A DNA stretch of 64,000 nt from the NCBI GenBank assembly GCA_020199975.1, contig JAIVJP010000284.1, positions 7,749 through 71,748 on the forward strand, in the 5' to 3' direction. The number at the start of each line of letters is the position of its first letter. Positions within the stretch are counted from its first letter, which is position 1. The notes beneath the pieces were generated by a model. It searched no databases. It was not told the origin of the DNA and worked only from the letters and a program-made list of their open reading frames with translations. Positions 20,961-28,978 of this stretch are shown one piece after another. The position numbers and the translations under genes are program-made. The stretch comes from Acidobacteriota bacterium. Lineage in GTDB: Bacteria; Acidobacteriota; Blastocatellia; Pyrinomonadales; Pyrinomonadaceae.

Positions 20961-21156
20961 TTCAACGCGTAGCGGGCGTGAGTTTAGCCCGGTCTTTAAA
21001 AGGCCGGAAAGGCGGATCTGAAAAAGATATGCCGAGTCGCGTAGCGACGCTTGAAATATTGCGGGATTCAGTCGTCGCTACGCGACGAGGATGGCCAAGA
21101 TATGACCCCCGGCGTTAAAACGCCGCGCTAAATTCGTACCGACGCTACGCGTCGAA
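20961..21156. repeat. cluster of short GC-rich palindromic (REP-like) units with GCGTAGC/GCTACGC core
   Basis: Four units in alternating orientation: CAACGCGTAGCGGGCG (20961-), GTCGCGTAGCGACGC (21036-21050), GTCGTCGCTACGCGACGA (21071-21088) and CCGACGCTACGCGTCGAA (21139-21156). Two small hairpins lie between them (20988-21007 and 21110-21125). Confidence 0.7.
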
Positions 21157-21178
21157 GACACTTGTTCAGAGTTGTTCT

Positions 21179-22135
21179 GTGCAACTAATGCATTCTGAAA
21201 CTTCTTTCAAAGACCGTGGCATGGCGCCTCACATCGCACTGGTGATCGTGCAGATATTTTTTGGCACCTGGCCAATCTTTGGAAAGATAGCCTTACGCTC
21301 TATATCCAGTACGAGCCTGGTTGGCTTTCGCATTGTCGGCGCGGCTCTTATCTTCGCTCTGCTTCGCAGAACATTCGGACCGCTCATTCACCTGCCAAAG
21401 CGAGTTCTCGCCTGGATTATTCTGTCGGCGTTACTTGGCGTGGTCGTTAATCAACTGCTCTTTGTTAAAGGCCTGTCCTATACAACGGTTATCAACGCCA
21501 ACCTAATTTCAACGACGATCCCGGTGTTCACTTTGATCATCAGCATTGCACTGGGCCATGATCGCGCGTCTTTTCGTCACGTATTCGGAATCGCGCTAGC
21601 GGCCCTGGGTGTTATCTACCTGATCGACCCGTTCCAGGCTACGTTCTCTGCATCGACAACGCGCGGCAACCTGCTCATAGTTGCGAACTCTCTTTCGTAT
21701 GGCGCTTACATTGCCGTATCGAGAGATCTGGTAAAGCGATATGGCGCGTTCAACGTCATCACCTGGCTGTTTCTTGTGAGCGCGATAATCACCCTGCCGC
21801 TCGCAATTTATTCCTGGAGCACTGATAGTCTGGAAGCTGTAGGCGGCAACGCCTGGCTAGCTATCATTTATATCGTCCTGGTACCGACGGTGTTTGTTTA
21901 CTATCTGAATGCGTGGGCACTTACTAAAGTCGCTCCGACCATTGTTGCGGTTTACATTTACCTGCAGCCTGTGGTTGCCTTTGGTTTGGCACCGGCAATA
22001 CTTGGAGAAACATTGAATTCGCGGACGCTATTGTCGTGCGTATTAATTTTCGCGGGCGTAGCAGTAGTGACGATAAAGAGTAGTAGCCGAGCGGTTGAAG
22101 AAGTGTCAGAAGATCCAAAGGCGATGTATCACTAA
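21179..22135 (+). CDS. EamA/DMT-family transporter
   Basis: 318 aa with about 10 TM helices and a duplicated EamA-like layout. The start may be an internal Met (MAPHIALV). Confidence 0.8.
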   Translation: MQLMHSETSFKDRGMAPHIALVIVQIFFGTWPIFGKIALRSISSTSLVGFRIVGAALIFALLRRTFGPLIHLPKRVLAWIILSALLGVVVNQLLFVKGLSYTTVINANLISTTIPVFTLIISIALGHDRASFRHVFGIALAALGVIYLIDPFQATFSASTTRGNLLIVANSLSYGAYIAVSRDLVKRYGAFNVITWLFLVSAIITLPLAIYSWSTDSLEAVGGNAWLAIIYIVLVPTVFVYYLNAWALTKVAPTIVAVYIYLQPVVAFGLAPAILGETLNSRTLLSCVLIFAGVAVVTIKSSSRAVEEVSEDPKAMYH

Positions 22136-22249
22136 GTTTCAAGTTTCAAGTTCCAAGTTTCAAGTTGTGCAGCGGATTACAATTGACACTCGAAAACCCG
22201 CTACCGAAACTCACAACATGAAACTTGGAACTTGAAACTTGAAACTTAG
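22132..22249. repeat. paired-heptamer hairpin element (TTTCAAG / CTTGAAA), bidirectional terminator candidate
   Basis: 38-nt arms (22132-22169 and 22212-22249) are complementary at 37 of 38 positions. The arms include both convergent stop codons. Confidence 0.9.
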
Positions 22250-24057
22250 AGATCAAGAGGCTTGATGATTCTCCCGACCGGGTAGAGATTCATCTGCGGA
22301 TCCCAGTACGGTGAACGCCGGTAAAAAAACTCAAGCCGCGCTCGTGGACTAGCGGCAAATTTTGGATCGCTGGCTAGTTTTTGTTGAAACTCTTCGCGCA
22401 GTTTCTTATCCTTCGCGAGCATCTCGCGAGCCAGCTTCTCCAAAACGTAATTCTCACCATACTCCTTCTGCTCGAAGATAGCGTCGAAGAAACCCCAATG
22501 GACCAGTGAGTCAGGTGCTTCCGGCTCGAGCAGGTTGATGGCCACACGTGCAGATGGCTGCGCGAGCGGGACAATTACAGAACCTGTAGGAAAAGTGCGT
22601 CGCTCAGTAACAGGTTCTGTTTTGAACGACGGCATCAATCGTCCTTCAAACGGCCCAGTTGGCCACTTCACATCGGTGAATCGATAGCTCTCGACATCAA
22701 TAGTCGCCGGTTGTTTCAGCGTGGTGAAAGTTAAGCCATGCGCTTTGATTACGTCGATGACTTCCTGCCACTGCGCCGGCACGATGTAGGAAAGCGGTTG
22801 GGTAACTGCCACCTTCACACGAAAGTCATTGTAGAAGGGCACCGTCAAGTCGATCGGCTTTTTCCCAAACGTTACATACGGTGCTCCCGACACATCGCTT
22901 ATTTCTGTGTGCGATTCTATAGCGCGCACGTGGTAAGGCTTCGCCTTCTCAGTTAACTCAAAATCAAGCGGGTACGAATGGGAAGGATCGTAGCTCCGTC
23001 CGGCAGCTATTGTTTTCTCGTCCGCTTCTTTCACCACCTTCAGCAAAGTCTGTGGATCGCTGCTTACCTCTTCCAAAGCCGAGCGAAGTAAGTCATAAGT
23101 TCCGATTACACGCGAACGATAATCCTTCAGCATGTGCGTTTCGATCAAAATTGCCGGCCGGTTTCTTAGTGGCACGTAACCGGTCGAGAAACGCGGGCTG
23201 CCATTGAAGTCGCGGATTCCTTTCGTCAGGTCCCGGTTGTCAATGAACTCGAGATACCACGACACGACATTGCCCGCGGCTTCAGTTTTCGCAGCCACGC
23301 GGTCAAACACAGTTCTTTCCCAGGCGAGCACGCCGGTGTCCACACCCGCGTGATGTTCGTGGTGAAAGGTGATGACGGACTGGTAGTCCGCGCCGTTCGT
23401 GACATGACAGTCAATGAACAGATCCGGCTGCCACTTGTTCCAGAGCGCCAGCCAGGCGCGAGTTTCCGGCGTGTCTGCCTTCATGTAATCGCGATTGAGA
23501 TTCTGATAAGTACTGGTTGTGCGCCAACCCATTTCCGCCGGCCCGTTTTGATTGATGCGATTGTAAGGACTGACGCGTTCATGGCCGTCGGGACTGTAAA
23601 TCGGAATGAAAAGCACCACGATATTTTTCAACAGTCCGGCGCGCGTCTTTGTGATTGCAATGTCACGCAACAAAGCGAGCCCAGCGTCTTTGCCGTCTGG
23701 TTCACCAGCATGAATGCAGGCTTGAATCAGGATCACTGCCTTTTGAGCGCGCCTGGCCGACTCGGGCGAAAACGTCTCGCCTTCCGTAGCCAGCAGCAAC
23801 GGCAGGTCACGACCCTGACCGCTCTTTCCGAACGTTTCAAACCTAATCGCCGACGACGCGCGGTCCAAACGCTTCGCGTAATCGATGGTCGCATCATAAC
23901 GCGGCGTCTCTCGATAATCGGTTTGCTCGGCAAAAGTACGCCATTCAGCAGGAACAGGAGGATTATGTTGTTGTGACATTGCGGTAACCGGAAAGGCTAA
24001 GAAGAAGATAAGAACCAACGGAACAAGCCTGGCGCTGACCATTAAATAATTAAGCAC
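22246..24057 (-). CDS. M14-family zinc carboxypeptidase (secreted)
   Basis: 603 aa with a signal peptide, the zinc-site context ACIHAGEPDG and a downstream HE-containing segment. Confidence 0.8.
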   Translation of the reverse strand: MLNYLMVSARLVPLVLIFFLAFPVTAMSQQHNPPVPAEWRTFAEQTDYRETPRYDATIDYAKRLDRASSAIRFETFGKSGQGRDLPLLLATEGETFSPESARRAQKAVILIQACIHAGEPDGKDAGLALLRDIAITKTRAGLLKNIVVLFIPIYSPDGHERVSPYNRINQNGPAEMGWRTTSTYQNLNRDYMKADTPETRAWLALWNKWQPDLFIDCHVTNGADYQSVITFHHEHHAGVDTGVLAWERTVFDRVAAKTEAAGNVVSWYLEFIDNRDLTKGIRDFNGSPRFSTGYVPLRNRPAILIETHMLKDYRSRVIGTYDLLRSALEEVSSDPQTLLKVVKEADEKTIAAGRSYDPSHSYPLDFELTEKAKPYHVRAIESHTEISDVSGAPYVTFGKKPIDLTVPFYNDFRVKVAVTQPLSYIVPAQWQEVIDVIKAHGLTFTTLKQPATIDVESYRFTDVKWPTGPFEGRLMPSFKTEPVTERRTFPTGSVIVPLAQPSARVAINLLEPEAPDSLVHWGFFDAIFEQKEYGENYVLEKLAREMLAKDKKLREEFQQKLASDPKFAASPRARLEFFYRRSPYWDPQMNLYPVGRIIKPLDL

Positions 24058-24094
24058 TCGGATTTAAAGTCGCATTCAATGTCTTGCTGTATAT

Positions 24095-24179
24095 CTCTGT
24101 GCGTACTTTGTGTTCTTTGTGCCTGTGTGGTGGGCCGCTTCCTCATGGATTCACCACAGAAACACAGAGACGCACAGAG
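24095..24179. repeat. imperfect low-complexity hairpin (TGTG-rich arms)
   Basis: Left arm CTCTGTGCGTACTTTGTGTTCTTTGTGCCTGTGTGGTG; right arm CACCACAGAAACACAGAGACGCACAGAG. Confidence 0.65.
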
Positions 24180-24219
24180 AAAACAAATTAGGACGCCATC
24201 GATTTAGCGGACAGCCAAT

Positions 24220-24432
24220 CTATGCGCAAAAAAGATCTTGTTCACACGAACGGCACTGCGAGCGCCGGCGGGCGTTCAGAGTGCCACAGCCGAGACAACG
24301 AATGTACATGGTGCGCGCAAACCAGCCGGTGATAACCGCGCTTAACCCAAGTATCGCGATCAGCACCAGCAGGTTCAAGAGCAAATCTCTCAAGCTTTGT
24401 AGTTCTCCTGCACGCTCTTGTGATAAGCGCAA
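24220..24432 (-). CDS. possible small TM + zinc-ribbon protein
   Basis: 70 aa with one hydrophobic helix and CLGC...CRSC pairs. It overlaps the upstream gene's 3' end by 43 nt, so coding status is uncertain. Confidence 0.35.
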   Translation of the reverse strand: MRLSQERAGELQSLRDLLLNLLVLIAILGLSAVITGWFARTMYIRCLGCGTLNARRRSQCRSCEQDLFCA

Positions 24433-25148
24433 CCACGTTGATACCCGCGCCGAAACGCGTCGTCCAGCACATCGCCGGAAGTAGATAACTTGGCAATGTC
24501 ATCTCCGCGATTTTTCAAGGCAGTTTCAAATCCGCGGCGATAGCTCGGCTCATCACTCTCGAATTGCTTTCCGGTAGTTTGATAGTCCGCAGCCTCAGCG
24601 TCGCGCAAACTCAGCCACCAGCTCTCGCGCGCGGCGTCTATGCTTTCCGCTCCCGCAGTTTTTAGCGCAGCCCGAGTGGCGTCCAACATCTCTTCGTGTT
24701 CGACGAATGCAATCACAACTGAGCGGCCCTGTCTGACGGCGTCCTCGTAAAGATACAACTCGTCATGAGGCAGACCGGAAACGAGTTCCTCTTCCATAGC
24801 CTCGCCGGCTGCCATGCCAGCGGCTGTTCCTCCAGCGCCGAGGATTGCTGCGCCGAGAATTGCGCCGGCAATAACCGGCCCCACTCCCGGGACCAATAGG
24901 CTCGCCGCAGCTGCGCCTAAAGACGCGCCGCCGGCGACACCCATTGCGCCACCTACCGTGCCTCCCATCGCTTTCCCCATCCCAGGCTGTTCGCTATCAG
25001 CTGTGGGTACCGTGCGCTCGGCTTCTTGTTGAGATGTGCCCGGCGTAAGCAACGCAATTCGATCATTGCGAACTCCGATAAAATGTATTTGCTGTATCGC
25101 TTTCTCAGCTTGCTCGCGTGCCTGAAAAATCCCTGCGACTGTTTCCAT
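24390..25148 (-). CDS. general-stress-protein-like protein with glycine-zipper segment
   Basis: Start trimmed to ATG 25148 (METVAGIFQAREQAEKAIQQI), which is preceded by AGGAGG. It has a YflT-like N-terminal domain and a Gly/Ala zipper (GGTVGGAMGVAGGASLGAAAA...). Confidence 0.6.
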   Translation of the reverse strand: METVAGIFQAREQAEKAIQQIHFIGVRNDRIALLTPGTSQQEAERTVPTADSEQPGMGKAMGGTVGGAMGVAGGASLGAAAASLLVPGVGPVIAGAILGAAILGAGGTAAGMAAGEAMEEELVSGLPHDELYLYEDAVRQGRSVVIAFVEHEEMLDATRAALKTAGAESIDAARESWWLSLRDAEAADYQTTGKQFESDEPSYRRGFETALKNRGDDIAKLSTSGDVLDDAFRRGYQRGCAYHKSVQENYKA

Positions 25149-25335
25149 GATGTGTGCCTCCTGATTGTCTGCCCTTTGTGAAAATGTTGTAACCCTTTGC
25201 AACTCCGTCGGCAAGGATTGGTCGTCAACGACACAAATCGTTGAGGAAATTAACAGAGCTATGTTAGATTGAAGCTCAAAGTCAATATTCAAGAGTCGGA
25301 AGTAAAACAATGGAATTCTGACGATTGTTAGTTTT

Positions 25336-25376
25336 ATTCTAAATTCTGAATCCTGACTTCTGAATTCTGACTACTG
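25336..25376. repeat. tandem heptamer-like direct repeats (TTCTGAA-type), no clear inverted partner
   Basis: ATTCTAAATTCTGAATCCTGACTTCTGAATTCTGACTACTG lies immediately upstream of the ferredoxin gene start. Confidence 0.6.
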
Positions 25377-25380
25377 TTTT

Positions 25381-25755
25381 ATGTACGACATCGTAGAAAA
25401 ACATTGGCCCATGTCGGAAGGCGACGGCAAAGCGGCTCGTAAGAAGAGGCCTCGCATACTTGCTATCACGACTGACTGCTGCACGGGCTGCGCCGGCTCG
25501 CCCGCCTGCATCGAGTATTGCCCGATTGAAGCGTGCATGTTCTGGGTACCCGACGAGGACCATCCGCCCTTCGGCCGCATCGAAGTCGATCCATATCTCT
25601 GCATTGGTTGCCAGAAATGTATCAGCAAAGGCCCTGATGGCGCGTTTCTTGATGGCTGTCCCTGGGACGCGATTGAGATGGTGCCAACGGACGACTGGGA
25701 AGCCGTGCACGGCATTGCGCTCCCAGACTTGCCACCGCCTCCGCCTACGGCATAG
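25381..25755 (+). CDS. 4Fe-4S dicluster ferredoxin-type protein
   Basis: 124 aa with two cluster motifs, CTGCAGSPACIEYCP and CIGCQKC...CPWDAI. Preferred over the overlapping minus-strand ORF, which lacks any motif. Confidence 0.7.
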   Translation: MYDIVEKHWPMSEGDGKAARKKRPRILAITTDCCTGCAGSPACIEYCPIEACMFWVPDEDHPPFGRIEVDPYLCIGCQKCISKGPDGAFLDGCPWDAIEMVPTDDWEAVHGIALPDLPPPPPTA

Positions 25756-26626
25756 TTTTCTGATTAACATTCATGCGGCTCTTGATGGCATTCGCTGTCA
25801 GAGCCGCTTGTTGTTTTAGCCGGTCGTTGCTCGTCATAACGCCGTTTGCATAGTCTTCAACCAGCTTCAAGTCTTCCTGAGTTCCCACCAAAGCCAGCGC
25901 GCGTAACGCTTCCCAAACGCTTTCCTCGTCCGACTTGATCGTCAAAACCGGCTGGCCGGTTGTTAGCGATGAGCCGCTGGCGACCAGGATGCTGTCGATG
26001 GTTCCGGTTAGCGGGGAGCGCAGTGCTGCTATCTCATTGTTAGGCTGTCGAATGCGCGCAAGCAGCGTGCCCCGACTTACTGGCGCGCCTTGCGAAAGGC
26101 TACTCTCCAGCGTTCCATCAACCAGCGACGTTAACGTGAACGGACTAAGCATGGCCGTCAGTTCTAAGCGGCCAGTCGCGTCGTTGAATCTCACCAACGC
26201 CAGGGCGGCATTTCTCCTTACGATTGGCTGCGGATCGGCCAGCAGCTTTTTTAGCGCGTTGGGAAAGTCTTCCGACGTCTGGTCGGAACCCATTACCCAC
26301 GCAGCGGTGAGTCGGAATTCTGTTTCGGGGTTACCGGCTAATGCCAGGATGTGAGGATACCACTGCGCGGCTGCCTTATCGCCACGCTCCATTCGGGCCT
26401 GGACCTGCAGCAACGCATGCTGAACGTGACGCGGGTGATTGTAGTCCGACAAGTATTTCGTGATCTCGGCATCAGAAAGACCGCGGCCAAACCAGGTGAA
26501 ATACCAAGCCAGGAAAGACCCTACGACGAACAAGATAGCAACGATCAGAATGGGACCGGAGGCGCGAATGCGTCGCACGGGCGGGGCGGTGATCTTTGTT
26601 TCCGGATTGTTGCCGTTGTCAGTCAT
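25745..26626 (-). CDS. membrane-anchored HEAT-repeat protein with C-terminal lipoyl/barrel-sandwich-like domain
   Basis: Start trimmed to ATG 26626 (MTDNGNN...); the ORF-track extension reads through the repeat. It has one TM helix, a HEAT-like segment (PIVRRNAALALVRF) and a C-terminal SPLTGTIDSILV...GQPVLTIK. Confidence 0.6.
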   Translation of the reverse strand: MTDNGNNPETKITAPPVRRIRASGPILIVAILFVVGSFLAWYFTWFGRGLSDAEITKYLSDYNHPRHVQHALLQVQARMERGDKAAAQWYPHILALAGNPETEFRLTAAWVMGSDQTSEDFPNALKKLLADPQPIVRRNAALALVRFNDATGRLELTAMLSPFTLTSLVDGTLESSLSQGAPVSRGTLLARIRQPNNEIAALRSPLTGTIDSILVASGSSLTTGQPVLTIKSDEESVWEALRALALVGTQEDLKLVEDYANGVMTSNDRLKQQAALTANAIKSRMNVNQKTMP

Positions 26627-26629
26627 TGC

Positions 26630-26766
26630 AGTCGAGTGACAGGTGACAAGTGACGGGTAACAAGTATGTGCGCCGGCCACTGTGCGTCCGCAAACGTCCC
26701 GCTTCACACACGCAGCCAAACCTAATAGTCATCTCTCCTGTCACTTGACACTTGTCACTCTTCACT
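26630..26766. repeat. paired-heptamer hairpin element (AAGTGAC / GTCACTT)
   Basis: Left arm GAGTGACAGGTGACAAGTGACGGGTAACAAGT; right arm CTCCTGTCACTTGACACTTGTCACTCTTCACT. The right arm overlaps the DUF420 stop codon. Confidence 0.85.
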
Positions 26767-27190
26767 GCGGATAAATCTGATAGAGCATTAGATAAACTAG
26801 GACGCCGGTGACCGAAACATATAGCCACATCGGCAGTGTCCAGCGGGCACTGCGGCGATGCCTGATGAAATCCCTCCGTGCCGCCCGGTAAAGCGTCAAC
26901 AAAATCATCGGAACGATCACTACAGCGAGAATAGTGTGAGTCATCAGAATCGCAAAGTAGAACGGCCGGACGATTCCCTGTCCGGAAAACTTCGTCGCCC
27001 CATGATAAAAGTGGTAGGTGAGGTAGCTGATTAGAAACAGTGTTGACGTCGCAACCGCCGCAACCTGGCAATTGCGATGGGCGCTAATTCGACCTTGGCG
27101 TATGAAGCGATATCCGACCAGGAGCAAAATAGCACTGGTTGAATTCAGGATTGCGTTTACGTGAGGTAGGTATGGAATGTATTCAGGCAT
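26762..27190 (-). CDS. DUF420-family membrane protein (oxidase-associated)
   Basis: Start trimmed to ATG 27190 (MPEYIPYLPHVNAILN...). It has four TM helices, and the family typically sits in haem-copper oxidase clusters. Confidence 0.8.
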   Translation of the reverse strand: MPEYIPYLPHVNAILNSTSAILLLVGYRFIRQGRISAHRNCQVAAVATSTLFLISYLTYHFYHGATKFSGQGIVRPFYFAILMTHTILAVVIVPMILLTLYRAARRDFIRHRRSARWTLPMWLYVSVTGVLVYLMLYQIYPQ

Positions 27191-27196
27191 CAGACC

Positions 27197-27377
27197 CTGG
27201 TGACAAGTGACGAGTGACAAGTAACAAGTAGGAGAAGACAGCATACGAGTACCGATCGCTGTGTTTTGCTCCTTCATGAATTAGGTTCAATTGCCCCATA
27301 TGCTTATTACTCACAAGCTGTGACTCTTCCGCTGTGTAGCTATTTATCTTGTCACTTGTCACTTGTCACTCGTCACT
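27197..27377. repeat. paired-heptamer hairpin element (AAGTGAC / GTCACTT), long spacer
   Basis: Left arm GGTGACAAGTGACGAGTGACAAGTAACAAGTAGG; right arm TCTTGTCACTTGTCACTTGTCACTCGTCACT. About 28 of 32 positions are complementary. Confidence 0.85.
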
Positions 27378-27594
27378 TTGTGCGTACCGCTTCTTTTCCC
27401 TTCTCGGTCAGTGAATAAAAATCGTTCCCTTCTTCGTTGAGTAGTCCGTCCTGCACCAGCTTTTCCACCGCATCGAAAACCGCGGTGCGCTGCTCCGGGT
27501 CGTTGCCGCCGGCTTCAAACAGTTCATGAAGATCAAGCTTCTCTTTATTCCAGCGAGCGAAGCTGCGGAGCACTCGTTTTGTTATTTCGTTCAC
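27373..27594 (-). CDS. hypothetical small soluble protein (winged-helix-like guess)
   Basis: 73-aa ORF in the same orientation as the oxidase cluster. No motif recognised. Confidence 0.45.
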   Translation of the reverse strand: MNEITKRVLRSFARWNKEKLDLHELFEAGGNDPEQRTAVFDAVEKLVQDGLLNEEGNDFYSLTEKGKEAVRTK

Positions 27595-27621
27595 GGCAGG
27601 GATTGGGGAACGTTCCGTTTG

Positions 27622-28011
27622 CTATGGTTGCCTGATTTTCATGTTTGCGACCATAGATTTCACATCGGGCGGGACAGCACGACCACGTGCATCCAGTAAA
27701 GGCGGGGTGGATGGGCCGCCGGCGCGCGCGATCGTGGATTGGGCGCCGCCGGCCAGCGCCGGCCGCTTCCTAAACGGAATGGGCAACTTCCCTTCGGATT
27801 TCAAATACAGCAACGGATTTGCAGCGAACATCAGCGCCATGAGCAAACAGACCATAGTGATGAACAGGTTGTCTGTAGTAAGAAAATCACCGGAGTACAG
27901 CGCGTTCAAAACCGCGAGCGCAATAAAAACAATAGCGGCCAGAATACAGATTAGGTTTAATAATCGGACTTCGCCTTTCATTTCCATCGCACCGGCTTTC
28001 GCTTCAGCCAA
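27622..28011 (-). CDS. hypothetical membrane protein
   Basis: 129 aa with two hydrophobic helices and a Pro/Ala/Gly-rich tail. Confidence 0.5.
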   Translation of the reverse strand: MAEAKAGAMEMKGEVRLLNLICILAAIVFIALAVLNALYSGDFLTTDNLFITMVCLLMALMFAANPLLYLKSEGKLPIPFRKRPALAGGAQSTIARAGGPSTPPLLDARGRAVPPDVKSMVANMKIRQP

Positions 28012-28026
28012 ATCAAACCGTCCTTA

Positions 28027-28106
28027 GTTTTCAAATCTAAAGTTTCAAGTTTCAAGTGTTAGGTTTGGCTATTGACTTGAAACTTAAAACCTGAAACTTG
28101 AAACTT
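28027..28106. repeat. paired-heptamer hairpin element (TTTCAAG / CTTGAAA)
   Basis: Left arm GTTTTCAAATCTAAAGTTTCAAGTTTCAAGTG; right arm ACTTGAAACTTAAAACCTGAAACTTGAAACTT. The pairing is imperfect. Confidence 0.8.
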
Positions 28107-28107
28107 C

Positions 28108-28323
28108 TTAGTGTTTCGCCTTGCCCGCAGGCTTTGGCTTTTCCGACATTTCCTCGTAGCCGCATCTTTCGCACTGCCAGATAGGAAATACATCACCAGG
28201 CGACGCCGTACTTTGATAGATGGCGCGGTCGGAAGGAATGATCTTGCCGCCACAGCGCGGACAAACGCGTCCGCGCGTTGTTCGCTTTTCAACATCTATT
28301 CGCAGCAAATTCTCTTCGGCCAT
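28108..28323 (-). CDS. small zinc-ribbon protein
   Basis: 71 aa with CPRCGG...CERCGY. Its start codon abuts the stop of the upstream 88-aa ORF. Confidence 0.5.
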   Translation of the reverse strand: MAEENLLRIDVEKRTTRGRVCPRCGGKIIPSDRAIYQSTASPGDVFPIWQCERCGYEEMSEKPKPAGKAKH

Positions 28324-28590
28324 CTAATCCTTTTCTTTGGGATCCGGCTGCTGATCCTCGCGATGATAGCGTTTCAGCACCAGAAAGATTGAGCAAAACA
28401 TCGTGACTGGGGGCACTAAAAGCACCAGCACACCGATGTTGAAGTTCCTGACGAAAAAAGCATTGTTTGAGCCTGCCAGCGCTGCACGACACATTGAACA
28501 CTGCGCAGCTACGTCCGGAGAAAATAACAGCGCAGCCATCGCCGTCGCGACGGTCAGCAAAACCAGCCTGTGCAAAATAAGACGCATCAA
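28324..28590 (-). CDS. small membrane protein with exported CxxC motif
   Basis: 88 aa with a signal-like helix, AAQCSMCRAAL, and a C-terminal TM helix. There is a 4-nt ATGA overlap with the subunit IV gene. Confidence 0.5.
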   Translation of the reverse strand: MMRLILHRLVLLTVATAMAALLFSPDVAAQCSMCRAALAGSNNAFFVRNFNIGVLVLLVPPVTMFCSIFLVLKRYHREDQQPDPKEKD

Positions 28591-28934
28591 TGTTCCTCGG
28601 CGGCGGGCGGTTGCTCTTTAAACTGGTAACGCAGCCCGGCGGCCCTGAAACTATCAGGGAAGAACACGAACAACAAACAGATGCAGACTACCAGCATGGG
28701 CACTATTGTCAGAATCAAACTCAGCCGCTCAAACTTCAAGTGCATGAAGTAGGCGACGATCAACGCCGCCTTGATGATTGACAAACCCAGCAGAATAGTC
28801 AGCATGATAGGAATAGACATCGGCTTGTAAGCCAGAAAAATCTCGATCAGCGTCAACAAAACGAGCCAGATCCAAATCGAAGTAAACAGTTTGTTACTAC
28901 CGGCAAAATGCTCTTCTTCAGCGTGTGCGCTCAT
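28587..28934 (-). CDS. cytochrome c oxidase subunit IV (bacterial small subunit family)
   Basis: 115 aa with three TM helices and the motif AALIVAYFMHLKFE. Confidence 0.75.
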   Translation of the reverse strand: MSAHAEEEHFAGSNKLFTSIWIWLVLLTLIEIFLAYKPMSIPIMLTILLGLSIIKAALIVAYFMHLKFERLSLILTIVPMLVVCICLLFVFFPDSFRAAGLRYQFKEQPPAAEEH

Positions 28935-28978
28935 GTTGATCCCTCCGCTCTGGCTTCGCTAACAGTTTGCGTTACAAA

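Noticed and set aside
25339-25770. 143-aa minus-strand ORF overlapping the ferredoxin gene
   Set aside because: The plus-strand frame has two canonical 4Fe-4S cysteine motifs, while the minus frame has no recognisable features.
27197-27377. The tandem short repeats (here and at the other heptamer loci) as a possible CRISPR array
   Set aside because: The units are 7 nt with no unique spacers. They occur as two inverted runs rather than direct repeats of 24-40 nt, and there are no cas genes in the window.
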